Source: Candidatus Dojkabacteria bacterium
GTDB taxonomy: Bacteria > Patescibacteriota > Dojkabacteria > J137
DNA: 64,000 bases
Assembly: GCA_040006935.1 (NCBI GenBank)
Contig: JBDTVZ010000003.1
Coordinates: 66,224 to 130,223 of the forward strand
Direction: 5' to 3'
A program made the translations under genes and the position numbers. This document shows, piece by piece, positions 36,326 through 46,683 of the stretch. Positions within the stretch are counted from its first letter, which is position 1, and every line of letters begins with the position of its first letter. The notes under the pieces were generated by a model. It ran no database searches. It was not told where the DNA came from and saw only the letters and a program-made list of their open reading frames with translations.

Positions 36326-36976
36326 CTATTGATTTTTAATTTTTAATTGATCCACTAGTTGCTGATAAACTTCATCAATACTTTTGCTTGCATCTATTCG
36401 TACCAATATTCCTCTCTTTCCATAAATTTCTAAAATCTCTTCGTTATCTTTATGGAAATCTTCTAATCTTTTCTTAATTGATTCAGGATTATCGTCTTCT
36501 CTTCTCTCCAGAATTCCTCCATCGTTTTTATCACATTTCCCTTCAATTTTTGGTGGATTGAAGATTAGATTGTAGTTAGATCCACATACAGAACATTCAT
36601 ACCTGTTAGACATTCTTTTAATTGCCTCTTCGTCTGAAAGTTCAAAATAAACTACTTTATCTAATTTTTTGTTTGCTTTAAATAAAGAAAAATCCAATAA
36701 ATCAATTTGAGTATCTCTTCTAACTGCACCGGATAAAACTAAATTCTCAAATTGAGTATTATGAAGATAAATTTGAAGAAGACCAAAAACAAAGTTATCC
36801 GCCAAAAACCCTTCATCCATAGATTTTCGAATTAACTGCTGAATTTCTTTCTCACCATCGGAAATCCCTCTCATTAAATCTCCCGTGGAAACTCTTTCAA
36901 ATTTAAATTGTTCTACAAGTTTTTCGGCTTGTGTGTCTTTGCCAGAACCCGAAGGTCCAATAAAAAGAAGTATCAT
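36326..36976 (-). CDS. adk: Adenylate kinase
   Basis: GPSGSGKDTQA, STGDLMR, LID CSVC...CD, RREDD. Confidence 0.9.
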   Translation of the reverse strand: MILLFIGPSGSGKDTQAEKLVEQFKFERVSTGDLMRGISDGEKEIQQLIRKSMDEGFLADNFVFGLLQIYLHNTQFENLVLSGAVRRDTQIDLLDFSLFKANKKLDKVVYFELSDEEAIKRMSNRYECSVCGSNYNLIFNPPKIEGKCDKNDGGILERREDDNPESIKKRLEDFHKDNEEILEIYGKRGILVRIDASKSIDEVYQQLVDQLKIKNQ

Positions 36977-37723
36977 TTATCCTAAAATTAATAATATTGA
37001 TGTAATTATCAATAAAACATAAGATAAAGTAAATACACTAGTAGAGAAATAGTATAGTATTTTCTCTATTAAATGATCCGCCTTACTCTTGTATTCACCC
37101 ATCTCATGTTTGAAGAATAGTCCTAAAAATAATCCGGCCACTAACCCTCCTATATGTGCCCAATTATTTACTCCACTTCCAGGTAAAAATCCATAAATTA
37201 ACGAAACTACAACGATTGGAAGAACATCGTAAATACTGAAAGGTAAATCTATTCCATATCTTCTATTTTTAAGTGACCCAGATATTAAAACTCCACAAAG
37301 TGCAAAAATACTTCCACTAGCTCCAAGGGTTGCAATATCTATTCCTAAAAATAGGCTCACTATAATTGTAAGAACCATTGACGCTATTCCTCCAAGAATG
37401 TAGATTATAAAGAATTTTTTATCTCCATATGTATACACAACTTTCTTTCCAATCGTGTAAAGTGCAAGCATATTCAATAGGAAATGAATGAATTCTATGT
37501 GTAAAAAGTTAGCAGTAATTATCGTCCAAAATTGTCCACTGAATATAGATTGCAATGACATTCCACCTAAAAGTACAAATACTTGAGTTAAAGTTCTTCC
37601 AGAAGAACCAGAAGCAAAATCAGGAGATAATAATTGAAATAGAGTCGCGAAAATAAATACTAAAATATTTACTAGGAGAACAAGGTTGAAAAAGTTAAAT
37701 TGAAATTTTACTCGAAATTCCAT
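36977..37723 (-). CDS. Rhomboid intramembrane serine protease
   Basis: FLH..FIHFLLNM, GASG, WAHIGG. Confidence 0.92.
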   Translation of the reverse strand: MEFRVKFQFNFFNLVLLVNILVFIFATLFQLLSPDFASGSSGRTLTQVFVLLGGMSLQSIFSGQFWTIITANFLHIEFIHFLLNMLALYTIGKKVVYTYGDKKFFIIYILGGIASMVLTIIVSLFLGIDIATLGASGSIFALCGVLISGSLKNRRYGIDLPFSIYDVLPIVVVSLIYGFLPGSGVNNWAHIGGLVAGLFLGLFFKHEMGEYKSKADHLIEKILYYFSTSVFTLSYVLLIITSILLILG

Positions 37724-38502
37724 TAGAAAAATATTAAATCTTCTATTCGATCGTCATTTCTTATGAAATTGAATAATGATTTATTGTCGTCAAAGGGTGA
37801 ATATGTATTTTTTAAATCTTCATCCTTAATTAATTTTCTAAGCGTTACATTTATTAAAGGACAGTTAATTTTATATTTTGGATTTGCAACAGCTTCTACT
37901 TTCGCATTTTTTGAAATGATGTAGTAGGCAAGTCCACGTTCTCTTTTTAAAACTCCGTAATCCATTGGTACTTGATCTTTTCGGGAAATTTTTGCAAAAA
38001 TTATTGGTGCTAATCCAATATTTACAAATGTGTACATGTAGCCAGTTGGTATTGCGAGTTTTTCTCCTGGCATAAGCTTAACTATTACCATGTCTTCAAC
38101 ATAAGTTTCCATTTGAAAAATGTCTTCTTTTTCTACATTCTTTTGCATAACTACCATCATTTCTCCGGAAATTAATTCCACCATACAATGATATTTCTCT
38201 TTAACTTCTTCGCTTTGATAAATATGTGTTTTAATAAATTCAATTCCAAGAAGACCGTAGGGAATGTATAGTAAATCGTAGGTTAGTGCACTTCCATTTC
38301 CTGTATTTCGTTCGTAAATATTTTTATGTTCTTTATAAACGTTCTCAGGATATTTTAATTGTTGATTTAAAAGTACTGGGATAATATCTTGTAGCGTTAC
38401 AAATTGTTCACAATTACAACAAACGTCATCACCAAAAATTATTCTTCCTCTGCTCTCGTCAACCTTAAGTGAAAATCCACAAATATTCGTTAGGTCGATC
38501 AT
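37723..38502 (-). CDS. Cupin-type glucose-6-phosphate isomerase-like protein (divergent)
   Basis: LTYDLLYIPYGLLGIEFIKT, IPTGYMYTFVNIG, GLAYYI, NPKY. Confidence 0.65.
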   Translation of the reverse strand: MIDLTNICGFSLKVDESRGRIIFGDDVCCNCEQFVTLQDIIPVLLNQQLKYPENVYKEHKNIYERNTGNGSALTYDLLYIPYGLLGIEFIKTHIYQSEEVKEKYHCMVELISGEMMVVMQKNVEKEDIFQMETYVEDMVIVKLMPGEKLAIPTGYMYTFVNIGLAPIIFAKISRKDQVPMDYGVLKRERGLAYYIISKNAKVEAVANPKYKINCPLINVTLRKLIKDEDLKNTYSPFDDNKSLFNFIRNDDRIEDLIFF

Positions 38503-38649
38503 AAATTTCCATGCTTTAATAAATAATTTAATGCATTGAAAAAGTGCAAATTTTCCAGAGGTAGAAAAATTTTATTCTATTGAGGGCAACATTGTCAAAT
38601 CTGAGATTTATAAACGCCACCAGTAAAGTGTATCAGCCGTTTGGTGTTA

Positions 38650-39021
38650 CTAGACTAGTAAGAATAATATCGTGAAAATTACTGAAATTAAAAATGATAA
38701 GAATATTATTTGTGCGGCCTTCTCCTGGTCTTTTCTTCTAAATTCTTTTTGAACTATAGTTTCTTTTTCCCCTAATGATTTAAAATTAAATATTCCTCTC
38801 ATTGCAAAACCAGCGCAGAAATGAAATTGTGCTTGTAATATTCCAATGGCGGATGCAAATAATGGGAAGAGAATAATTACACGGAATATAGTTGGAATAC
38901 CTAAAAGAAAAAGTATAATTGCAACAACTACAGAAATTGTGATTCCAACGAAGCCACTCCTTCGTCTATATTCAATTTCATCTTTCCCAATATTGCAAAC
39001 TCCTGGAATATATTCTTTCAT
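38650..39021 (-). CDS. Small membrane protein
   Basis: CNIGKDEI..RR, TM helices, QAQFHFC. Confidence 0.7.
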   Translation of the reverse strand: MKEYIPGVCNIGKDEIEYRRRSGFVGITISVVVAIILFLLGIPTIFRVIILFPLFASAIGILQAQFHFCAGFAMRGIFNFKSLGEKETIVQKEFRRKDQEKAAQIIFLSFLISVIFTILFLLV

Positions 39022-39048
39022 TTTAATTAATCTTCTTAAGTATCAACT

Positions 39049-39086
39049 AACTTTTCAACTTTTTGAACCTTTAAACTTTATAACTC
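39049..39086. repeat. 8-bp periodic half array at dnaJ stop
   Basis: AACTTTTC AACTTTTT GAACCTTT AAACTTTA TAAC. Confidence 0.65.
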
Positions 39087-40169
39087 TTTCAATTGTTCCC
39101 ACAATTCCTTTTCATTTTTTGAAATTTTCTCAGGAATTTTTACTAAGAGCTTTACATATTGATCACTATTCCCATTTCCTCTAAATTTTGGACCTCCTTT
39201 CTCTCTCAATCTTAAAATCTTTTCTGGCTGTGTGCCCGATGGAACTTTCATAATTACATCACCATGCACAGTAGGTACCTTAATTTCTCCACCTAGAACT
39301 GCGGTGACTACATCTATTTCTTTATCCATATAAATATCGTCTCCTCGCCTTTCGAGCACTGGATGGGACTTTACTTCGATTGTTATGTATAAATCTCCAG
39401 AAGTTGCGCCATTTTCTCCAGCATTTCCTCTTCCACTAAATTTTAGTGTAACTCCATCAGGAATGCCTGCAGGAATATTCATTTTGAAAGATTCATTTTG
39501 GGAAGTAACACCACTTCCTCCACACTTATAGCACTTCTCGGAAATTTCTTGACCAGTTCCGTGGCAAGTAGGACACTCTGTTACAACTTGCATTGAGCCA
39601 AAAAAAGTATTCTGCATTTGTCTGATTTGACCTTTCCCTCCACAAGTGTGGCAAGTTTTTTTCTTACCATCTTTTGAACCAGTTCCATCGCATTTATCAC
39701 ATTTTGTTCTTTTCTTATACTCAATTTCTAATTCTTTACCAAAGATTGCATCCAAAAATTCTACTTGGAGAGTTAGTTCTAAATCTGCTCCTCTATTATT
39801 TCTACCTCTTGATGTTCGGGCAGCTCCTGATCCAAAATCAAATCCACCTCCGAAGAAATTACCTAAAAGATCCCCTAAATCTCCAGCTCCAAAATCAAAA
39901 TCTCCTTGGCCAAAACCACCGAAGTTAGATCCTCCCCCGCCGAAAGCTTGAGTTCCTGCAAAACCATACTGATCGTAGGCTTGCTTCTTTTGTGAATCGG
40001 AAAGAATATCATAGGCTTCTTGTGCTTCTTTAAATTTCTCCTCTGCGCCAGCAGCCTTATTTTTATCAGGATGAAACTCTTTTGCGAGTTTTCGATATGC
40101 TTTTTTTATTTCGTCTTTAGATGCTGATTTTGAAACACCTAAAACTTCGTAATAATCTCTTTTTGCCAT
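39078..40169 (-). CDS. dnaJ: Chaperone DnaJ
   Basis: J domain HPD, G/F region, four CxxCxGxG. Confidence 0.98.
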   Translation of the reverse strand: MAKRDYYEVLGVSKSASKDEIKKAYRKLAKEFHPDKNKAAGAEEKFKEAQEAYDILSDSQKKQAYDQYGFAGTQAFGGGGSNFGGFGQGDFDFGAGDLGDLLGNFFGGGFDFGSGAARTSRGRNNRGADLELTLQVEFLDAIFGKELEIEYKKRTKCDKCDGTGSKDGKKKTCHTCGGKGQIRQMQNTFFGSMQVVTECPTCHGTGQEISEKCYKCGGSGVTSQNESFKMNIPAGIPDGVTLKFSGRGNAGENGATSGDLYITIEVKSHPVLERRGDDIYMDKEIDVVTAVLGGEIKVPTVHGDVIMKVPSGTQPEKILRLREKGGPKFRGNGNSDQYVKLLVKIPEKISKNEKELWEQLKEL

Positions 40170-40201
40170 AAATCATTAAAAATTTCTAAGTATTTTATCA
40201 T

Positions 40202-40228
40202 TTAGCAGGTAAAGTGGCTAGATGCTAA
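40202..40228. promoter_or_regulatory. CIRCE-like HrcA operator upstream of dnaJ
   Basis: TTAGCAggt-N9-agaTGCTAA with CIRCE spacing (TTAGCACTC-N9-GAGTGCTAA). Confidence 0.65.
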
Positions 40229-40343
40229 TTAATTTCAAAAACAAGTTTATAACTTGAAATTTCTGAATTGTTTGAAAATTGAATATTTGTTATTTGAAGT
40301 TTGTATAAACTGCCACTCCAAGGAGTAATCCAACATTTCTGGC

Positions 40344-40367
40344 AGGGAAAGAATATATTCTTTCCCT
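40344..40367. repeat. Perfect 24-bp palindrome, GTAG-type REP-like
   Basis: AGGGAAAGAATATATTCTTTCCCT; minus strand reads GTAGGG...CCCTGC. Confidence 0.65.
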
Positions 40368-40411
40368 ACCAAACTGCCAAGAAAAGATAACAGGTGGTAA
40401 AGTCAATATTA

Positions 40412-40792
40412 TTAATTCATCTGATATAACGCAATCTTGTAGCCATTTGGATCCTCGAAAAGAAGTTCTTTTGCTTCCCACATATTACTGAATATCCTTG
40501 CTTTAATTTTTCCACCAGAGTTTTCAATCAATTGATAGTAAGCTTCGATATCATCTACTTCTATATAAAATATTATTCCCATCCCTCTGTCATGATTTTC
40601 GGCAATGTATTTATAATCTTCGAAAGGTTCTTTGGTTTCCAAAACAAAATGCATTCCAAAATTCCCTAGACTTAGTACAACTTTATCATTTTCGAATTGA
40701 GTTATAGTTGCCCCAATTGCTTTATAGAACTCGTAAGTGGACACAACATCTGAAGTATATAAAACATTGAAAGATGAGTCTGGCTTATACAT
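40412..40792 (-). CDS. VOC/glyoxalase family protein
   Basis: FYIEVDDIEAYY, WEAKELLFEDPNGY. Confidence 0.85.
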   Translation of the reverse strand: MYKPDSSFNVLYTSDVVSTYEFYKAIGATITQFENDKVVLSLGNFGMHFVLETKEPFEDYKYIAENHDRGMGIIFYIEVDDIEAYYQLIENSGGKIKARIFSNMWEAKELLFEDPNGYKIALYQMN

Positions 40793-40796
40793 AAAC

Positions 40797-41912
40797 TTAT
40801 TTTAAAAGTTTATCAATTTCTTTTACTATTTTTTCACTTTCATCAAAACTTCTTATAAATCCTTGTACAGGTTCTCTCGGATTTAACGCAATTAACTCAT
40901 CTAAAGCTTCTACAACTTTATCCCAATCATCTCCAATGTATCTACACAATGGGTTTCTTAAAGCATACTCAATATTTCCTTTGTCTAATCTATCAATATT
41001 TTTAGTCCAGACTACCTTTTTCTCAAACAATTCAGTTTCCATTAAAGTTGCAGCACTTGGCTTTGCAATTATCACATCCGAAATATTATACATGTCTTGA
41101 ATATTGTTAATGTATCCTAGAATTTTTACATGTTTATTGTCTCCGAACTGCCTATCTAGTTGCTCCTTGAAATACTCTATCTTTCCTGCAAGTACAATTA
41201 AGTTATATTTATCTGCCTCAACTATATAGTTAATTGCTCTTTTTAAGGCCTTAGTTCCAACTCCACCACCAGTAAGTAAAACTGTTGGTCTGGTTGTGTC
41301 TAAATTTAGATCTTTAACAACTTGTGCCTTATCTGTTAATTTTGCAAGATTTGGATTTATTGGAAATAAAGGATAAACAATTTTACTAATATCTACTCCA
41401 TATTTTACTAATGAATTAACTGCTTCACCTGTTGGACAAATTATTAAGTCTGCCGCGGTATCTGCCCAGCCCATTGGAACTATCATTGGGTCTACCACTA
41501 CTTCTACAAGCTTAAAATTCTTTAACCTCTCTTTGGCTGCTTTTGCAATTATTGCTACAACGGGGTGATTGCAAATTACGATATCTGGTTTTTCATTTTT
41601 AATGATATCCACACATTCTTCAAGCAACATGCCTACTGTGTATTTAGAAAAAAACTCATACCCAACAACTGTTTGCATTGTTAACCAGAAGAGTGCATTG
41701 TGAACTGAAGCTAATGCTCTGTTTCCGGAAACTAAGGCATAGGATTTATCCGAGTTATTAAATGGCTCAATATCCGCCACTTTGAATAAATCTATGGTTT
41801 TAACATCGTATTTACCTGGAAATACTTTCTCAAACTCAATAGTAAGTGAGTTTGCAGCCATTTTGTGGCAAGAACCCGCATCTGTTATCACTTGTAATAT
41901 CTTTTTCTTCAT
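40797..41912 (-). CDS. Glycosyltransferase, MGDG synthase/UgtP-like
   Basis: AGSCHKMAA, PDIVICNHP, LLTGGGVG, SDVIIAKP. Confidence 0.82.
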   Translation of the reverse strand: MKKKILQVITDAGSCHKMAANSLTIEFEKVFPGKYDVKTIDLFKVADIEPFNNSDKSYALVSGNRALASVHNALFWLTMQTVVGYEFFSKYTVGMLLEECVDIIKNEKPDIVICNHPVVAIIAKAAKERLKNFKLVEVVVDPMIVPMGWADTAADLIICPTGEAVNSLVKYGVDISKIVYPLFPINPNLAKLTDKAQVVKDLNLDTTRPTVLLTGGGVGTKALKRAINYIVEADKYNLIVLAGKIEYFKEQLDRQFGDNKHVKILGYINNIQDMYNISDVIIAKPSAATLMETELFEKKVVWTKNIDRLDKGNIEYALRNPLCRYIGDDWDKVVEALDELIALNPREPVQGFIRSFDESEKIVKEIDKLLK

Positions 41913-41958
41913 AAAAATACACTGAAATTAACTATGAATTATACCATAATGCAAATAC

Positions 41959-42756
41959 TTACAGCTTTCTGACTATTACAAAGTGGCTTATTCCAAAGAT
42001 GTGTAGGGGAGTTTTTTCTAGGAATAAGAAAGTTTTCTGAATAAGTTTCCCAACTAGTCCTAGCCTTCTTACTGCTCCGTCAAAACCTGGGAATATTTGA
42101 GTATATTTAACAAATTCTGAGTTTGAAGTAGATTTTTTTATCATATTTTTTAACTCAGAACCCCAATAACTTCGAACATGAGGTGCAAATTTCTTATAAA
42201 TAATATTAGGCATCCAAGGTAATAAAGGAATATTTCCCCAATAATATTTTCCCCCTAAAAACATTCCGTGCTGTTCAAAAGGCCATAATCTGTTAGGAGT
42301 AAAGAAGACCATAAGTCCACCTTTTTTCAGAACTCTGAAACATTCCTGAAGAGTTTTTAAATCAACTTGAACATGCTCCAGAACTTCGTTATGGAAAACT
42401 ATATCAAAAAAATCATCCTCAAAGACAAGGTTCTCTCCGGGGCAATTAACTATATTCTTTGGGTTAACGACTGACGGTTGACGGTCACCGTTTTCCCTTT
42501 TGCGCTTTCCTAGATCTTCTTTTAATTTTACAACTTGATCATTATCATATTCTGAACCATACACATTATCAAAACCTGAAAGTTTTGCAAATTCTTCTAA
42601 CCAAACTCCTTCTCCGCAGCCCATATCTAGAACCTTTTTATTTGAGAAATCTACATATTTTTTAATTAAATCTAACCTTCTTTGAAATCCAGCCGTAAAT
42701 GCTGTTCCCGGTTTTCCAAGGTGTGCAAATTTTGTGTGTTCAGACATTACTTTCAT
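41959..42756 (-). CDS. Class I SAM-dependent methyltransferase
   Basis: VLDMGCGEG, FDIVFHNEVLEHV, RVLKKGG. Confidence 0.9.
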   Translation of the reverse strand: MKVMSEHTKFAHLGKPGTAFTAGFQRRLDLIKKYVDFSNKKVLDMGCGEGVWLEEFAKLSGFDNVYGSEYDNDQVVKLKEDLGKRKRENGDRQPSVVNPKNIVNCPGENLVFEDDFFDIVFHNEVLEHVQVDLKTLQECFRVLKKGGLMVFFTPNRLWPFEQHGMFLGGKYYWGNIPLLPWMPNIIYKKFAPHVRSYWGSELKNMIKKSTSNSEFVKYTQIFPGFDGAVRRLGLVGKLIQKTFLFLEKTPLHIFGISHFVIVRKL

Positions 42757-42869
42757 AAATGTATATTCAGATTTCTAAAATTATACTATATAACCCACCT
42801 CTCGTAACTCGTAACCCGTAATCCACTATGATACAATGAAGCGTACTATTTAAATTGATATTTATTTTC

Positions 42870-45107
42870 ATGGCACGAAGAAAAAAACATGTAACCTACG
42901 ATAGTAAAGAAACCCGAACAGTTTTGGGACTAATATTACTTTTAGTATCTCTATTCTTTTTAGTATCTATTTTTACAGTTTCAACAGAAGCGAATATTTT
43001 TACTCAAACTAGAAACCTATTTGGCCAATCAACAATTTTAACAGCATTTTTTTTATTTTCTTTGGGACTTTATAATTTAGGTTCCGAGCTTCCTTTCACA
43101 AAACCCTTAAGTTTATTTGCGCAAGGAGTTTTAGTGGTTTTAATTCCGGCTTTAATTACCTCTTTTGCAACGGGAGAATTTGAAATATACAGATACTCTG
43201 GAGATATTGATAAGATTTTAGGTGGAAGTGTTGGTTATTTTATAGTTACAAATGTAATGCAGGAAACAATTCCTACTCAACCAGCAACTAGATTAATTTT
43301 ATTACTTGGAACTTTAATATTTATTCCTGTTGCACTTTCACTTTCTATTAGTCAAATTATTGAATACACCTTGAAAGGAATTAATGCCATTAGAAACTTC
43401 TTCTCTGCAAATGTTAATGATGAGGACGAAGAAGAGGAGCAAGAGCCAGAAAAAGCAGCTCGATTTGGAGATTTTAATAATTTAATTAAAGATAAGAAAA
43501 ATAAAGACTCTTCTCAACAAAATTCTCAAGAAGACGCAATCCCTAGACGTGATAGAGTAAATATCAATAAAGAAAAAACCGCAGGAGAATTACAATTTTT
43601 AGAAGAGAAAATTGATAGAGAAACGTTAACTCAAGAAACTTTAAATTATTCTAATTGGGAGTTTCCACCTCTAGATATATTAGAAAATACAAAGAAATCT
43701 ACTGGCAAGGAACCTACTATAGAACGAAATGCCAAGATAATAGAACAGACACTTGAAAGCTTTGGTATTGATGCAAAAGTAGAAGAAAGTGATGTTGGAC
43801 CTTCTGTAGTTCGTTACTCACTTAATATTCCTCTTGGAACGAAAGTAGAAAAGGTTTCGGGATTAAGTGCAAATCTTGCCTTAGCATTAGGTGTTGATTC
43901 GAAGGCAGTAAGGATTGATACAATTCCGGGAACTACCTACTTGGGTATTGAAATACCTAGATCTAATAGAGAAATGGTTAGATTTAAAGAATTAATAGAA
44001 TCTAACGCAATGAGGAAAAAAGATTTAGCTTTGCCTATTCCTATCGGAAAAGATATTGATGGCTCAACAGTTGTGGCAGATATTCAAAAAATGCCTCACT
44101 TACTTATTGCAGGAGCTACAGGTTCTGGTAAATCTGTACTTACCAACTCTTTCATATCCGCATTATTAATGGAGAAAACTCCTGACGAATTGCGATTAAT
44201 ATTAGTTGATCCTAAACAAGTAGAATTTTCAGATTATAATGGTATTGCACACCTGCTCACTCCAGTTATCACTGATATGAGGGAAGTTGTTGACTGGCTA
44301 AGATACGCTGTCCACGTTATGGAGAAAAGATATGGAGTTTTGGCAAAAGAACAAGTGCGAAATATTCAGGGTTATAACGAGAAGAAGGGATTCCCTGCTA
44401 TGCCGTACATAGTGATAGTTATAGATGAAATGGCGGACATGATGATGACAGGTAATAAAGGAGAGACCGAAACACAAATTGTTAGACTAGCACAGAAAGC
44501 GAGAGCTGTTGGAATTCATTTAATATTAGCGACTCAAAGACCATCTGTGAATGTTATTACTGGTATTATCAAAGCTAATATTCCCGGGAGAATAGGTATG
44601 AGTGTAACCAGCTCTACAGATTCGAGGGTTATTTTAGATAGAATGGGAGCTGAAAGTTTAATGGGTCGAGGAGATCTCTTATATAAAGCACCGGATAAGA
44701 CAAAGTCCTCCAGGCTTCAAGGTGGAAACATAGAACAAGTTGAGATTGCAGACATAGTAGATAATATAAAAACTCAAGCACCTGAGGTTGCATACTTAAC
44801 AATAAAAGATATTCGAGAATACATAAATGATAGTTCAGGAGTCAATGGTGATTCCGAGGATTTTGGTCAGGGAAGTAATTCTTCACAAGGCTCTCTTTTA
44901 GAACAATCTATTAGAATAGCCGTGCAATACCAAAAAGGTTCTAGTTCGTTTCTACAAAGAAAACTTAATATTGGATTTAATAAGGCAGCGCAATTAGTCG
45001 AAGAACTTGAAGAACTGGGTGTGGTTGGTCCTCAAAATGGAGCTAAGCCTAGACAAGTTTTAATTTCTGATGCAGAGGAATTTATAGCTAGTATGAAAGC
45101 AATGTAA
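42870..45107 (+). CDS. ftsK: DNA translocase FtsK/SpoIIIE
   Basis: N-terminal TMs; AGATGSGKS, IDEMAD, ATQRPS, gamma domain LQRKLNIGFNKA. Confidence 0.96.
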   Translation: MARRKKHVTYDSKETRTVLGLILLLVSLFFLVSIFTVSTEANIFTQTRNLFGQSTILTAFFLFSLGLYNLGSELPFTKPLSLFAQGVLVVLIPALITSFATGEFEIYRYSGDIDKILGGSVGYFIVTNVMQETIPTQPATRLILLLGTLIFIPVALSLSISQIIEYTLKGINAIRNFFSANVNDEDEEEEQEPEKAARFGDFNNLIKDKKNKDSSQQNSQEDAIPRRDRVNINKEKTAGELQFLEEKIDRETLTQETLNYSNWEFPPLDILENTKKSTGKEPTIERNAKIIEQTLESFGIDAKVEESDVGPSVVRYSLNIPLGTKVEKVSGLSANLALALGVDSKAVRIDTIPGTTYLGIEIPRSNREMVRFKELIESNAMRKKDLALPIPIGKDIDGSTVVADIQKMPHLLIAGATGSGKSVLTNSFISALLMEKTPDELRLILVDPKQVEFSDYNGIAHLLTPVITDMREVVDWLRYAVHVMEKRYGVLAKEQVRNIQGYNEKKGFPAMPYIVIVIDEMADMMMTGNKGETETQIVRLAQKARAVGIHLILATQRPSVNVITGIIKANIPGRIGMSVTSSTDSRVILDRMGAESLMGRGDLLYKAPDKTKSSRLQGGNIEQVEIADIVDNIKTQAPEVAYLTIKDIREYINDSSGVNGDSEDFGQGSNSSQGSLLEQSIRIAVQYQKGSSSFLQRKLNIGFNKAAQLVEELEELGVVGPQNGAKPRQVLISDAEEFIASMKAM

Positions 45108-45115
45108 TAATCCAA

Positions 45116-45319
45116 TTATTGTGGAAAACTTACAGGAACAGTTCCAGCATTAAGATGATTTTCCAAACTTTTAGTGAACAGTGTGGTTTTTGGCATGTCT
45201 AAAACAATGAGGCTAAACTCTTCTCTATCTCCTGATGCAGATTCAAAAACTTCCCACGCAATAGCAGCTATAAGTATAACTATTCCTGCGTAAATTAAAT
45301 ATTTCCATTGTTTATTCAT
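45116..45319 (-). CDS. Small single-TM protein of Pil-like operon
   Basis: N-terminal TM; abuts PilO-like gene. Confidence 0.6.
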   Translation of the reverse strand: MNKQWKYLIYAGIVILIAAIAWEVFESASGDREEFSLIVLDMPKTTLFTKSLENHLNAGTVPVSFPQ

Positions 45320-45320
45320 C

Positions 45321-45968
45321 TTACTTAGCGTCCTGAACGTAAAAGAAAAAATTAAATTGCAATGTTAATTTGAATTGCTTGTTTGGATCCGAGTTTTCTA
45401 ATTCCTTTCCAACTTTTCTAGTGATTACTGCACTTCCTATATCAAAAATAGTTACATTGTTTTCCATGTCACTTATAAAGTTTGTAAGGGTATCTCTATC
45501 TCCTTCAAGTAACAAACTCACTGATTGGGCCTGTACTTGCCGTGTTACCTGGAATTTTTTAATAATATCATTTGTGTTTGTCACACTTGTAAAAGTTGAG
45601 TTTAGTAAATTTACTCCATCTTTGAGAACATAACCATCTACTTCACTTAGAACACTTATTTGATCATATTGATTGGGGAAAGCTGTATTAAATTTATCTA
45701 CAAGGGTTTGTTTGTTATCTTGCTCTTGTACTAAGTTTTCTATTGTGGTTCTCTTTTGCTCTAGCTGGTCAATGGCTTCTTGTCTTCTTACATTTTGTGC
45801 TGCCTGTGCAGTAAATGCACTATAAGATGGAAGAATTCCTATTAAAACCATTAAAAGTACGAAGAGAACTGTAACTGCCGAAACAAAATACGTTTTCTTC
45901 TGAGAGGTATTCAACAACTCATTTAATCTATTTTGCCTTATTTGTGATTTCGTTTCTGCTTCTGACAT
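45321..45968 (-). CDS. PilO-like protein
   Basis: TM, coiled coil, LEGDRDTLTNFISDMENNVTIFDI ferredoxin-like core. Confidence 0.65.
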   Translation of the reverse strand: MSEAETKSQIRQNRLNELLNTSQKKTYFVSAVTVLFVLLMVLIGILPSYSAFTAQAAQNVRRQEAIDQLEQKRTTIENLVQEQDNKQTLVDKFNTAFPNQYDQISVLSEVDGYVLKDGVNLLNSTFTSVTNTNDIIKKFQVTRQVQAQSVSLLLEGDRDTLTNFISDMENNVTIFDIGSAVITRKVGKELENSDPNKQFKLTLQFNFFFYVQDAK

Positions 45969-46537
45969 CATTGTAAGCTGGTGCGTTTATTATTTTTTAT
46001 TACTGCTGTTAAAACATAATCTCCTTTTAAGTCTTGAACATCTTGTTGATTAATTGTTAAGTTACTGAATGTAACTGATGAGAAGGAGGGCGAATTTCTT
46101 AAGCTTGCCTCTAAGCTTCTTAATAAGTCTAAATCCTCTGTTCCATAAACCGAAACAAATCCATCGGCAACTTTTATTGTTAAATCTGCGCCGGGATTAG
46201 TTACATACGAATAAATTTCTTTGATTATATCTGCACTGTTTGATGAGGAATCCCATAATTTTGTGTAAACATCTTCTTTTGTTGCGAACAGCCTTAGTTT
46301 TGGTTCAACATCTGTTGCGTAAAAATTCAATCTTTCTGTTAATGAATCTATTTGTTTCTTTTTATTTTTTGCATCAGTATCAACAATTACTTTGGCAACA
46401 AATGCTGCGGCAATTAAAATTATTGTAACCATCACCACATACCTTGCTTTATCTACAATCCAGTCGTAAATTTTATCCCATGCAGTTTTTGGGGGTTGAA
46501 GAGGTTTTAATAAATTAAAGGTTACAGATTTTGCCAT
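45968..46537 (-). CDS. PilN-like protein
   Basis: FNLLKP N-terminal motif, TM, coiled coil, LRNSPSFSSVTF; start MAKSVTF. Confidence 0.65.
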   Translation of the reverse strand: MAKSVTFNLLKPLQPPKTAWDKIYDWIVDKARYVVMVTIILIAAAFVAKVIVDTDAKNKKKQIDSLTERLNFYATDVEPKLRLFATKEDVYTKLWDSSSNSADIIKEIYSYVTNPGADLTIKVADGFVSVYGTEDLDLLRSLEASLRNSPSFSSVTFSNLTINQQDVQDLKGDYVLTAVIKNNKRTSLQ

Positions 46538-46597
46538 TAGATTAAATCTAAATTTAGATTGCAAATTTATTGTATCATAAGGAATAAATATTGTTGC

Positions 46598-46675
46598 AAT
46601 GTTAGAAAGTTTTAAAGTTGAAAGGTTATTCTGATAATACAAACTTTAAAACATTTAAACTTTCAACCTTTTAAC
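46598..46675. repeat. 8-bp periodic inverted array
   Basis: AATGTTAG AAAGTTTT AAAGTTGA AAGGTTAT / AACTTTAA AACATTTA AACTTTC AACCTTTT. Confidence 0.8.
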
Positions 46676-46683
46676 AAAGACTT

